Both the position numbers and the translations under genes were made by a program. Positions 1-12,740 of a DNA stretch of 64,000 nt are shown in pieces (positions within the stretch are counted from its first letter, which is position 1; every line of letters starts with the position of its first letter). Origin of the DNA: the human T2T-CHM13v2.0 reference genome, Homo sapiens; assembly GCF_009914755.1 (NCBI RefSeq), contig NC_060933.1; one strand, 5' to 3'. The notes below the pieces were generated by a model, which was not told where the DNA came from, searched no databases, and was given only the letters and a program-made list of their open reading frames with translations.

Positions 1-177
1 AGAAACATGGGGCATAAAGAGTCAAAGACCTCACAAGTGGCAGAAATGGGATTCAAACTCTGGCAACCTAGCACTGCACACTTTTCGGCTTCTCAGTACA
101 CTGCACAGCCTCTCTAGCAAACAAAAACAACCCTCTGCCTGATGAAAACCCAATCTGTTAAATCATTACCATCCCAT

Positions 178-1469
178 TGAGAGGTGACAGCGTGCTGGCA
201 GTCCTCACAGCCCTCGCTCACTCTCGGCGCCTCCTCTGCCTGGGCTCCCACTTTGGCGGCACTTGAGGAGCCCTTCAGCCCACCGCTGCACTGTGGGAGC
301 CCCTTTCTGGGCTGGCCAAGGCCAGAGCCGGCTCCCTCGGCTTGCAGGGAGGTGTGGAGGGAGAGGCGGGAGCAGGAACCGGGGCTGCAGGCGGCGCTTG
401 CGGGCCAGCTGGAGTTCCGGGTGGGCGTGGGCTTGGCGGGCCCCACACTTGGAGCAGCAGGCCGGCCCTGCTGGACCGGGCAATGAGGGGTTTAGCACCC
501 GGGCCAGCGGCTGCGGAGGGTGTACTGGGTTCCCCAGCAGTGCCAGCCCACTGGCGCTGTACTTGATTTCTCACCGGGCCCTAGCTGCCTTCCGGCGGGG
601 CAGGGCTCGGGACCTGCAGTCCGCCATGCCTGAGCCTCCCACCCCCTCCATGGGCTCCTGTGCGGCCTGAGCCTCCCCGACAAGTGCCACCCCCTGCTCC
701 ACGGCGCCCAGTCCCATCGACCACCCAAGGGCTGAGGAGTGCGAGCACATGGCACGGGACTGGCAGGCAGCTCCACCTGCAGCCTGGTGCGGGATCCACT
801 GGGTGAAGCCAGCTGGGCTCCTGAGTCTGGTAGGGAAGTGAAGAACCTTTATGTCTAGCTCAGGGATTGTAAATACACCAGTTGGCACTCTGTATCTAGC
901 TCAAGGTTTGTAAACGCACCAATCAGCACCCTGTGTCTAGCTCAGGGTTTGGGCTCTGGTGGGGCCTTGGAGAACCTTTGTGTCCATACTCTGTATCTAA
1001 CTAATCTGATGGGGAGGTGGAGAACCTTTGTGTCTAGCTCAGGGATTGTAAACGCACCAATCAGCGCCCTGTCAAAACAGACTACTCGGCTCTACCAATC
1101 AGCAGGATGTGGGTGGGGCCACATAAGAGAATAAAAGCAGGCTGCCCGAGCCAGCAGTGGCAACCCGCTCGGGTCCCCTTCCACATCGTGGAAGCTTTGT
1201 TCTTTCGCTCCTTGCAATAAATCTTGCTACTGCTCACTCTTTGGGTCCACACTGCTTTTATGAGCTGTAACACTCACCACGAAGGTCTGCAACTTCACTC
1301 CTGAAGCCAGCGAGACCACGAGCCCACTAGAAGGAAGAAACTCCAAACACATCCGAACATCAGAAAGAACTCCAGACACGCCACCTTAAGAGCTGTAACA
1401 TTCACCGCGAGGGTCCGCGACTTCATTCTTGAAGTCAGTGAGACCAAGGACCCACCAATTCCGGACACA
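178..1469 (+). mobile_element. ERV9 solo LTR (LTR12 family, LTR12C-like), full length
   Basis: Starts TGAGAGGTGACAGCGTGCTGGCAG and ends CCACCAATTCCGGACACA. Has a GC/CpG-rich U3, tandem TGTCTAGCTCAGGGATTGTAAA..CCAATCAGC units, and a 4-bp TSD CCAT at 174-177 and 1470-1473. Confidence 0.95.
850..1221 (+). promoter_or_regulatory. LTR12 U3 enhancer/promoter core and polyA signal
   Basis: CCAAT boxes at 919, 1057 and 1095, a GGGTGGGG box near 1111, a TATA-like AATAAAA at 1130 and AATAAA at 1216. Activity cannot be shown from sequence. Confidence 0.6.
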
Positions 1470-1704
1470 CCATCGCTGATATCACTGCTAACTTAGGAAC
1501 TGGTTATTTTCATTTCAGAAACTGAAGCAATGTTCAATTTCAATGAGTATTTTTTAAAGCCAACAAGTTGTTAGTTTCTGAGTAAAAATTACATGTACAA
1601 GGTACAGTGTGGTTATAATATATTTGGAAAAGAAAGTACAGATCTACACTGAGAATGAAATTAATGCCTATACACAAACACATACAGTCCAATATGCAAA
1701 GAAT

Positions 1705-1880
1705 ATGTGTGATCTTAGACAAGATAATTAATTTCTCTGAACCTACATCCTTGTTGACAAAATGAGGGTAATACTATAATCTTAGTACCAACTTCACGGG
1801 ATCATTATGTGAATTATACTGGATAATCTGAGCTCCAAAGTATGTGTAATAAAATAAGTACTCAATAAATGTTAGCTACA
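1705..1880 (+). mobile_element. MIR SINE fragment
   Basis: Degenerate match to the MIR core (tgtgtgatcttagacaag...tttctctgaacct...aaaatgagggtaata...aataaatgttagcta). Confidence 0.55.
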
Positions 1881-4800
1881 AACACATATAAAAACCTTAG
1901 CACTATATGTGGCACATGCTAAATACTAAAAACTGCTGTCAGTAATAAAAATATTAGTAATAATAGAAGACCAATATATGTCAATAATAACTAATGTTCA
2001 CTGATACCACAGGGGAAATTATAGATCCATAATTGTGTTTTAATGTTTTCAAAAGAATAAGTTTAATCTTGGCCAAACACAGTCTTCCAGCAGATTGCAT
2101 CATAAAGGATACTTCTGATTAAATCAAAATGACTAAATAGTACTACAGCAGATTTAGCAGAATAATTTAATTTATAAATAAATCAAATTGGTATCAGTGC
2201 AAGGTCCCTGTTGGCTATTATATCCCATTGTGTCAACCCAATAGTGTTGGGAAACCTTTAAAAAAATGCTATAAATAGTCATCTATAGAAACTCAAACTA
2301 ATAGGCAGAAAAAAAAAACCCTCTTCTTATATTGAACAACAAAAGAAGGAAATAAAGTCTATTTTGACAGTTTAAATTGTAAGCTAGCACCGATGAAGGT
2401 GATTGCAGACACTGATTCTAAGACTCTCGTTTCTACATACTCATAGAAGGATGATGAGACATATAATCTTACTTACTTTCCAACCCCACAGCCGGCAGAT
2501 AATTTAGAAAATCTGCTACTTCTTCTCTATCAGGAATAACTGGGATCACAAGAAAAGATTCCCTTCCCTCTGTGTTTCTAATTTAAATGAATAAACTCAG
2601 AGGAATCAACCTCTGTATCATCACAAACTTCAGACTCCAGGACTCTCTGGACCAGACTGGGGTCTCAGAGAACAGCCACGGAGTCACTGAACCCCTCAGA
2701 TGGCTCTAAGTGAAAAGTCATGCAAAGGTCCGGGGCTTTCCGTGGCCAGCCCATCAGTCTACTCATGTGTGACTAACACCCCAACTATCCATCTTTCTGG
2801 ACCATTTAGTCTTTGCAGGTACAAATGGCAATTTGCTGTCCATTTTCGATTACACATGTATTTTCTCCACCACATCCAACAGCATGTAAAACAAAAAGTG
2901 CCATTTTGTATACACAAAGGCACTTACCAGGGCTCAGTGGATCTTAACACCATGCACTCTGAAAGGATTAATGATGGTGTGATGGGAATGAGACGGGAAA
3001 TGAAAAACTCGGTTTTCCCCTGTTTATACCATAATGTAACTTGATTGCTAAAATGAAAAGTATATTCTCTACCACCTTGGCCACTGAAAAAGACACTGCT
3101 GAAACCAAGAGGCTTCTGTCCTGATACAAGCAACTGACCATATTTCATTTCCTTACATACTATTCCCTTCCTTTCATTTCCATTATTTCATTGCTCTCAA
3201 ATTACATGTATCTGCATGGTTTCTTCAAGACACAAGATTCAAATACTATAAAGCTATGTGGTTTTGGCTGCAGGTGGGCAATCCAGTCCTTAAGCAGATG
3301 CTAAACAAGACCATGTCCAGGTTTCCCAAAATTTTGGTAAAACTTATTTAGCAATAATTAGCAATGATTACATGGTATACAGAGTGGTATACACAGTATA
3401 TGCCATGAAATAGGAGGAAGCCATAAATCTCCAGAGATGAAAATATTAATTTCATACCCCACATAGCTAATTCTATTGCTATTGCAGGATCAAGAACTTT
3501 GAAAAGCATCTGCTTTAACTCAAATCCAAGCAAATTCACACGCATATGTGGAGATTATTTTCAGGGATACTTATTTCTACAGCAGCAAAAAGGGAGTGGG
3601 ATAAAAGGCAAGCTGCCCTTGTGTAAGATTTCCTAAGGAATGGTCCCTGAGCAAAAGGACTTGAGAGCCACCCATGGAAGATGTCACGGACTTTCAGGCT
3701 TCTAAGTACTCATCTTCAAGCATGACCCTGTCCTAAAGCTTTTCTTTGCTCCACTCACCCAAACTACTTTGTAGACTTTTCTATACGCCATGGGTACTTA
3801 ATAAATCCTGGCTGATAAAGGTAATGGCAAAAGAAAAATCTACCCAGAACTCCAAATCCCCTGCCAACTCTTTTATTCTTTCTGGCTCTCCCAGGAGAAA
3901 GTGGTTGTGATTAACTTCTTAAAATGACCCCAAGGCTTTTGACGTGGTGTCATGTCCCCTCCAAACTCAGGCACCTCTATCTGACTACTGACTTTCTCCT
4001 GTTTACTTATTAACTCTGTCTCTTGTTAAATTTTGAACAGTCTAGGCCGTTTTACACCTTATAGCTCAAAAAAGGCAGCACAGTAGCTGGTGTAGGGATG
4101 TGACAGAATGTTTTTATTCCACCCCCGAAATAAAGCTCCTTGTTTTTGACACACTGGAAAATGTACAGCCAGAGAGTGCTCGAGGCGAAGATGCCACCCC
4201 AGCCTTACATCTGTCTGCTTTCATTTGTCTACAACTGTGCTTATAGATAAAACAAGCTTTCCAGATGTCATCACAAGCAGGGCTCATATGCTGACTTCAC
4301 TGAGACACCATTGTTGGCTGCCAGCATAACAGAGTTGTAAAACTAAAATATTTAAACTCTGAGCTACTCAAAACAACTCTGAATGTCACACAGGATCTTA
4401 TTTCGGGATTAATTAATGTACACCCCAATAAAATAATCATGCGTTAAAAACAGAGCTGGCTGGCATGCAAGTGGTTCTAATTTTCCTTTTTCCAACTGTT
4501 CCAATGGCATGCAACAGCATCATGAAGAAATTTCTGAAGGACAGCCTTTATGTATATACCCGATCAAGCTCTTAAGTTTCAGGGGCTACATTTCACTGTG
4601 CCACGACCTATATGTTCTCATTGTTTAAAACAGACATAATGAACCTAAGATGAACAAAAGCAATATGCCAGGCACAGACTATAAAGACATTTCCACTGTC
4701 AGAGGGGAAGACCAATGACAAGCGATGGGGGAGATTACTAATAGGCATTGTTTTACACATCCATATGTGAAGCTTGGCTTCAGGCAACCTGGTATCAGGG

Positions 4801-4934
4801 AGCTTGAATGTTTGTTTGAGAACACAATATCCCTGTGGTTATAATTACAACCACTGTACAAGAAGAGGACTGCCGTGGTTTCATAATGCCCTTAACAAAG
4901 AAGAACACATCATTCCTGTGCTTCCAGAGAAATT

Positions 4935-4986
4935 ACACACACACACACACAGACACACACAGACACACACACACACACAGACACAC
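4935..4986. repeat. Interrupted (CA)n microsatellite
   Basis: Direct reading of CA runs with GA interruptions. Confidence 0.95.
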
Positions 4987-5477
4987 TATTTCTATTTTTT
5001 TTCTCTGAACCTGCCCAACAATTTAGTTTTCACTGAGTGAACGAAAGGGAGTTCAGCTTCCATCTAAATGATCGTTCCTCATAACCATCTAATACAATTG
5101 TTCTGAATTGGAAAAAGAAGCCCTTTCACAGTTGGGTACATGAGACTTCCACTCATCTCCCACTAACTTGGGCTTTCATCCTGCTCTGATTAAGTCTCTT
5201 GTAGCCCAGTTTGCATTTTTGTAAAGTTGGGTCAGGGATGTTCATTAAGCATCTGTTACTCAAAAACCTGTTTTGTGGGTCATTCTGGTTTTAGAGGCCA
5301 AATCCATCACCCAGCCACAAGCCTTCTGGAATTTCTGCTTAATTTAATAAGAGACCCAACTTTGCATTAACCCAGTCAAGGGATCATATAGGCTCTGTCA
5401 GGGCCGGTCCTCCACCCCACTGGGCTCATTTCATGTGGCTAGGGCTTACCAAAAAATTAAAATTAAAAAGCACATTC

Positions 5478-5689
5478 TAGCCTGAGCAACATAGTGAGAC
5501 CCTGTCTCTACAAAAAGATTTTTAAAAACAGAGAAGCGTGGTGGTGCATGCCTGTAGTTCCAGCTGCGTGGGAGGACTGCTTGAGCCCACGAGGGCGAGA
5601 CTGTAGTGAGCTGTTACCACACCACTGCACTCTAGCCTGGGCAACAGAGTGAGACCCTGTCTCAAAAAGAAAAGAGAAAAAGAAAAAAG
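5478..5689 (+). mobile_element. 5'-truncated old Alu (AluJ-like)
   Basis: End of left arm, A-linker, right arm and A-rich tail. The flanks aaaaagcacattc and aaaaagcatgttc resemble a decayed TSD. Confidence 0.85.
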
Positions 5690-6583
5690 CATGTTCCAGG
5701 CAGTCCACAACCCTTCTCAATCCCCCATTTGTACCCCCAAGGGTACAAATTTATGTGGAATAAAACATTTACTTGTGATGGCTTTCCAGGAGACCATTTA
5801 CAGAGAGGAAAAGGAGGGAGTCAGTTACTTTGCTTTCCCACCATCCTGAATGTTCCCATCTTCTCTTGAGCTGATCTTAGTTCGAATCCTCTGAAAATAA
5901 ATCACCCCAAAGCACTCAAGATTTCCCCAAGGCTCCAGCAGGCTTCCTGCTTTGTTGTTTCCACCCCCGTGCTGGGAGGCTAATGTGTTTGAGGAATGTT
6001 GTTTTAATGCAAAGAACTTAGAAGAGTCAAAACAACCTGCCATAGGGATCCATCTGCCTCTGATGATCCTGGCCTCTGTCACTCCTGTTTCAGCCAGAGG
6101 AAAATGAAGTCAGAGGAAAATGAAGACCTGGGTATTAAATTCTGGTCATTTCTAAGTGTTAGGACAGTAATTATACTTCTTGAAATCAGAATAGTAGTAT
6201 CATTCCTAGTTCTGTGGGACTTGATGTTCCTTCTTTATTTGGTTAAATGTTTAGGTTGGGGCAGGAAGAATTAATACTGAAGCACACCCTGTACTTAATC
6301 TTCTGACACCCAAATAAATGCGCACACCTTTTATTATCCTCCCAGTACTATGCTTGGGCAATGTCATCTGCAAGATTCTCTTCATGAGATTATTATGAGT
6401 GATGCTTACACTAACCCTAATTTTCAGCTTTTCAGCAAACATATATTCCTCAGAAACATTTAATGACACATTAGGCTCTCAAATATTTGCACTAAAGTTT
6501 ACTTTCTGTTCTTTAAAGTTCTCCTGGGTTTCTATAGGGATGCAAATTATTAAACTGTAGCAATTTGGGAGATTCACAGACAA

Positions 6584-6863
6584 TTTTTTTTTTTGGTAGA
6601 GACAGGGTCTCACTCTGGTGCCCAGGATGGAGTGCAGTGGTGGGATCACAGCTGACCGTAACATCAAACTCCTGGGCTCAAGCGATCCTCCTGCCTCAGC
6701 CTCCTGAGGAGCTGGGACTACAGGCACATGACACCATGCCTAATTTTTTTTATAGAGATAACGTCTCGCTATGTTGCCCAGGCTGGTCTCTCGGATCATG
6801 CAGTCCTCCCATCTTGGCCTCAAAAAGTACCAAAATTACAGTTGTGAGCCACCATGCTTGGCC
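6584..6863 (-). mobile_element. Alu (AluJ-like)
   Basis: PolyT, then gagacagggtctcactctg...gggctcaagcgatcctcctgcctcagcc...gagccaccatgcttggcc. Confidence 0.9.
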
Positions 6864-8881
6864 ATAGACATCGTTAATCTCATTTTTGCCTTTTAAATCC
6901 ACTGGGAATCCAGAAGTGACACTTTCTATATTCCCCTTTTACAGATGAGAAAAGAGATGTGTAACTCAAGTTACCTGTTTGCCTAAAGGCAAGACAGTAA
7001 GCCTGGGGCTGAGTCAGTTTACTTGAAGAACAACTAGAAGCACAGTCTTGAGGGGGTCAAACGTCCTCTCCTAGCTACAGACCAGAGGATGTAATAACAG
7101 CAGTAAGTCTGTCGGCTGGGGGTGGAGGGGGCGGGCAGTTCTGAACGCTGACACCTAACAGGACATGGAGTGTTACTCTCGGGTCCTTATTTGAATACAA
7201 CTGTACTTAAAAAATAACCCAATTTAACAATTCAGAAGTTCTGATATATGTTTTATAAAAATGTATGAGAGACCTAAAAGCCACGGAGAGCCATAACTTT
7301 GAGCTGCCTCATTTGTTTCTCTTTTATTACAGTACTGCACAGTGGGCACAAGCTCTTCACTGAAAAGAGAACATTAAATCTTTATTCTAAACTGTTTTAG
7401 CAGAACAATATTAATAGTTGAATATTATTTTGTCTGACTTATAAAATACCATTCAAATAAGACCAAAGAGAGCACTGAACCCCAGCCAAGTCCTATGAGA
7501 AAAAAGTGACAAGCTATCTTCAGAAACAATAATTTCTTGTCACTCTTAAGATTCCAGTAACATGTCCACTGCTATGTAAGCCCAAAAGCCGATTTCTTGG
7601 AATGAAGGTAAGCTATTCAGAAATAAACATTTCTCTGGGTCCCCCTTAACAAGGAAAGCAGCCATATGAAATATTCTTTCTCTTCCTCGAATGTCTGTGT
7701 GGTCTTTCCTAATGCAGGATCAGTAAGCAACCCATGAGGAAGCCACTTTGTTTCCATGGATATTTTACCATAGATGGTGAAACAGGACAAGATTTAAGTT
7801 TAGAAGAGAGGGCTCAATCCCGGAAAATATTCAGCCATCAGTACAATTCAATTCAGCAAAAACCCCAATACGACTATTTTTGGCCGCATCTTTGGAGCTC
7901 TTTATCTTTGTACTACTAAGCTACATATTCCCCATAGCATGCAAAAAGGCACCGTTTCCCCTCGCCTTATATGGCAGTGTGGGTTACTACAGACAATTTC
8001 GGTGAGATTAGCCAAAAACCTTAACAATGGCCTTTTTCTTGGGTTTCCAATTTTCTATCAAATTCACAAAGGATTTTTCTCCCCAACCTACTATATCTTG
8101 ATATTCCAAATAACATAAAAAATAAAATATTAACAACTCATAAGTTAGGAAGTCTGTTTTCTGCTCTAGAGACCTCTTTAAGTAATCAGAGTGGTGACAA
8201 CAGTACTAACAGCTAAATAGGGTTTACGTAACACTAGCAGGCCTATACTTACACTAATGGAAAAATTATACTGAACCTAGTTGGAACTCACAGAAATAAA
8301 TTAAGCAACTTTGTAGGAATATTCACAGTATTTCTACATAAACACTACTGAGTAAAATGTTTTAGTGGGAAACAAATTTTTTTCTAATTAGCAAATGAAT
8401 GCGTTTAGTCTGGAGATCTTTTCATGCACTAAAATATCTAATTCAGGGCTTAGCCTGCAAATATGACAGATTAAGTACTGCCTTATATACTGTATTGACT
8501 GTAACTTCCTATAAAAAGGAATGCTGTAGTGAAAGCATTCATGAAATATTTGAATCTTAATCCCGATCATTCAGTTTGCCTGTCACTAGCCAATCAAGGA
8601 GCAAAGATTAAAGGCTAAACAAGATCAAAACCAAAACAGTCTTAAAAGGTGATGGGCTGAACAAGGATAAAGGCTTCTTTTAGCAAAAAAAAACCCAAAA
8701 AACTGATTAGTAGACCCAGTAAAAATTACAGGCAAAAAATGGTAGGAATCATTAAATCATCTATATTATGTTTCAGTCATTGCTAATCACTCTGCTTTCC
8801 AAAATGCCTAGTAAGCTCATTCAGTATAAACCTATACACTAAGACAATAGAATTAAAAATTAAAATATGAACTTTCTAAGT

Positions 8882-9225
8882 CAGTGTTGTCAAACAGAAA
8901 TATGTGATCCACAGTAGTAATTTTAAGCTTCTAAGTAACAATTATAAAAAAGTAAAAGAGGCAAAACTTTTAATAATGTGTCTTACTTAATAAAACAATC
9001 CAAAATATTGTCAGTTCAACATATTACCAATACAAAAATTTGTCAGTATTTTAAATTTGGTTTTTGTAATACATCTTTAAAATCTGGTATTTTACCTTTA
9101 CTGCACATCTCAATTTGGTATGGAATACTTGAAATGTGGCTATGCAACTAAGGAAATCAATTTTTAATTTAATTTACATTTAAATAGACACATGTGGCTA
9201 GTGGCTACTGTGCTAGACAGCATAG
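8882..9225. mobile_element. hAT-Charlie non-autonomous DNA transposon (MER33/MER3-like)
   Basis: Begins cagtgttgtcaaacagaaatat and ends cacatgtggctagtggctactgtgctagacagcatag, both typical MER33/MER3 termini, with an AT-rich interior. Confidence 0.75.
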
Positions 9226-9977
9226 GTTTATAGTTTATTATCTAATTTACCTTTCATTGAGATAAGAGTTTTAACATGCAGCAAAATCCTAGGACTAGAG
9301 AAATCTTTAAAAAGACAAAATACAAAGCATCAATCATTGCTGGTCTCAGGGTAGGAAGGCTGAGTTGAAATGTATATGCAAATATGAACCATGGTTTACA
9401 TAAATGTGTTGCTGACATTTTTCATTTCCATGCACACATGTGGTGATATGTGATTTAACATCCTAAGGAGAAAAAACACATCACCCATCTTCAAAGCCTC
9501 TCAGTTGATATTTTATGTTACCTGCCTTTCTCCTTCCCAAAGGCTAACTCCATGGCAGGTTTGAAGTACTCTGAAAAGGAAACACTCCTGAGTGATTTGA
9601 GTGTTACATAACGGGGGCTAAAAAGTTTCTTACCCTCTAAAAATTTCATACATATGTTCAGGTGACTCAAAAGAATGTTAACAAAACTTGAGGAGGCAGC
9701 AGAACTTACTACTCAAAACTACCGGCAGTAGAACAAGAGCCCTCGTGTATCTGCCACTGATTAGTTACAAGAACTTGATCAAGTTATTAAGTTCCTTACT
9801 TCTTACTTAACAATACTGTTTCTCCTTCCCTCGAAAAATTTTTCTGCAAGAAAACAATACACGGATCTTTCTATTCTTCCAATAATGCTCAAATGCAAAT
9901 GTCTAATTTAATACAATTCAAGTAGGAACCCCTCCAAATCAAAGACCTTTCTCCCCATTGTTAGAGTGAAAGCTCAC

Positions 9978-10331
9978 TGTATTAGTCCATTTTCATGCTG
10001 CTGATAAAGACATACCAGAGACTGTGAAGAAAAAAAGGTTTAATTGGACTTACAGTTCCACATGGCTGGGGAGGCCTCAGAATCATGGTGGGAGGTGAGA
10101 GGCACTTCTAACATGGCAGCCGCAAGAGAAAATGAGGAAGAAGCAAAAGCGGAAACCCCTGATAAACCCATCAGATCTGGAGAGACTTATTCACCATCAA
10201 GAGAAGAGCAAGGGAACGACCAGCCCCCATGATTCAATTACCTCCCCCTGGGTCCCTCCCACAACACGTGGGAATTCTGGGAGATACAATTCAAGTTGAG
10301 ATTTAGGTGGGGACACAGCCAAACCGTATCA
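9978..10331 (-). mobile_element. THE1 MaLR solo LTR (THE1C-like)
   Basis: tgtattagtccattttcatgctgctgataaagac...ggggacacagccaaaccgtatca, with a 5-bp TSD CTCAC at 9973-9977 and 10332-10336. Confidence 0.92.
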
Positions 10332-12680
10332 CTCACCTTCCTCCAAACTTTCATCTAATACACACCTTTATTAGTAGAAATTTTAGAGTTTTCTCACTTC
10401 ATATCAGACGTCTATGTATCTGTGTGGGTGTGTGTATGTGTGTGTTTAAGGACACATCTGTTTTCCATTAGACTGTGAGCACCTAGAGGGAAGGGACCCT
10501 GGCCTAGTGATTCTTATGTTTCCTCAATCAGGTCTTTCATACAGTTGTGCTGGGTTGAAAGTATTCTACACTCCCTGAAGAAGAGAAGCTACAAAAAGAG
10601 AAACATTTAAGAGAAGAGTCCCAACTTTCAAAGGGGTTCATTTGGAGTTGAGGAGATAAACACAACTACATAACAATAAAATGCAGTGCAGCTGGTTTCA
10701 TGTCAGAATGAGCAGTCCCTAATCTCTAGGTGCTCAAAGGTTTGCGGAGGAGTGTTCCTTGGAAGAGAGTCAAGCAGAATTGAATAAGGACTTTTAGGAC
10801 ATGAATCAGTGGCATATAAGACCTAAGATCCTACAGACCACATGGCTCCATATGAGCAGAGGTGTGGAGGCGGAGCACAAGTCTGGAGGACAGAGACGCA
10901 GACAGACAACGTGATTGTGGTGGGTTCCCACAGGGCATAAAAGAATAGAGACTGATACCTGAAATGAGGATGGATCTATGTTAAGCAAGGCACCGAGAGC
11001 AAAGACAAATATTTTTACATTACATGTTGCAGTCAGTGAAAAGCCACTGAGAATCTTGAATGGAGAGTGAACTGCTGAGAATGGGATTTGTGAAAAAAGG
11101 ATCTTGCCACAGCTTTAAGGATACAAATGGCTGGAGGCAATGCTGCTAATCAAGTAAGATCCTTCCACTGCAGTGATATACTCAACAGGTGGAAAGGGTC
11201 TCATGCTGGGGAGGCCACTCAAATGAAGAGGAACATGCATTTCTCAGAAATGACAAGATCTGGTAATGACAAAACTTAAGAGGATCAGAGGTAAGGGTCA
11301 AAATAATTTTAAAAAACACACATAAAACTCCTACAGCACACGCAGTATTCCTTCAAAATAATTTTTTTCTAGCTATATTGGATACCTTGATAGCTGGGGA
11401 AATGGCAGTAATTCTAAGAGAGCCTGGGAAATGGGAGGAAGGCTTAAGAAAACAGTGAATTTAGTTTGGGCCATATTACAATGAAAGAGGATGGAAATTT
11501 ATCCAACTGAAAAAGTCAAGTGAGCAGCTGAAGATATGCATCATACCTTGTTCACATGTGCACTCGCTCATTAGGGGTGGATTACCAGTCTCTAAGGGTT
11601 ATTTCACTGCAGTTTAGTTTCATCTCTTTTTAAGTTATACAGAAACACCAACAAAGAAAAAGTTACTACTACATGTATGCTTACGCTACCAGATTAATCA
11701 AAATCGTTTTTCTTCTTTAAAATATATTGATGTCCATAGCATGCTAAATAAACAAAACTAATAAACTACACTCTGGTATGCTCACATACTTCCGCTTTTA
11801 CAAATCAATTTAGTCAAGGATCAGTTATTTTTTCTCAGACCTGATTATAACCGTTTCATCTATAAATACAATTTTATCATTTAATGAAATATTATAAAAA
11901 CCAGTGAAATACGATTGTAAAATAAAAAGTTCATTCTATCAAAATTAAGTTGAATGCTTTAGGGAGTCCTGACAATGTTTTTTTCTTTTTTTTCCCCACC
12001 CTTAAAAAAAAAACAAAAACAATCCTGCTTTCACATGGTGTGGGCAAGACAAATGCAAAATATTGGAGGATTGGATGATTCTACACTCAACCTATTCATG
12101 TCTAAGTTCCAGGTTCACTTTAAAGCAGCAAGAGGTGAAAATCTTGGTGATACATCACAGTTGTGGTATATGTAAGAAGTCAGAACTTTAATGAGCACAA
12201 CCATCCATACTTAAGTAAAGGCCTTGGCTAATCTCAAAATGCACATTTCTATATTTTCAGCTAAAAATGCTTAAAACATGTAGTTTGTTTGTTTTGGTAA
12301 AGATTCACCACTTCAACTGATTAACTGGCTGTTGGTCCTGGTTGTGAAAACAGGAGGAATTTTCTACCGCATATGATTTCTTTAAAGCAACAAAAGCCTC
12401 TGAGAATTAACTTTAATATGTGTTTACCTGGCAGGTTGTAAAGGTGTTCCTGCTGTGATGTATGGTCCACTGAGAAATCACATGATGTATTTCTTGTCTT
12501 TTAGGAATACAGGTTATGCATCGAATAAATACCAAAAGCTCCATCCTTCGAGGGTGGTAAAGGCCTGCCCATTTTTTTTTTTTTTTTTTCTGTATAGCTA
12601 TCCATCAAGTCTACTCAATTAATGATGAGTAGTAAGCATCATTACAAATCAGTCACAGAACACTGCTGCTAAAATCTTTA

Positions 12681-12740
12681 TGGGTAATCTGAAATGGTGT
12701 GTCTTCAGTCTGGGTAGTCTGAAACGTTGTGTCTTAAGTC
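12681..12740. repeat. 30-bp imperfect tandem duplication
   Basis: tgggtaatctgaaatggtgtgtcttcagtc followed by tgggtagtctgaaacgttgtgtcttaagtc. Confidence 0.85.

Noticed and set aside
114-1273. Overlapping 60-135 aa ORFs on both strands
   Set aside because: They lie almost entirely within the GC-rich LTR12, where stop codons are scarce, and show no gag/pol/env or other domain signature.
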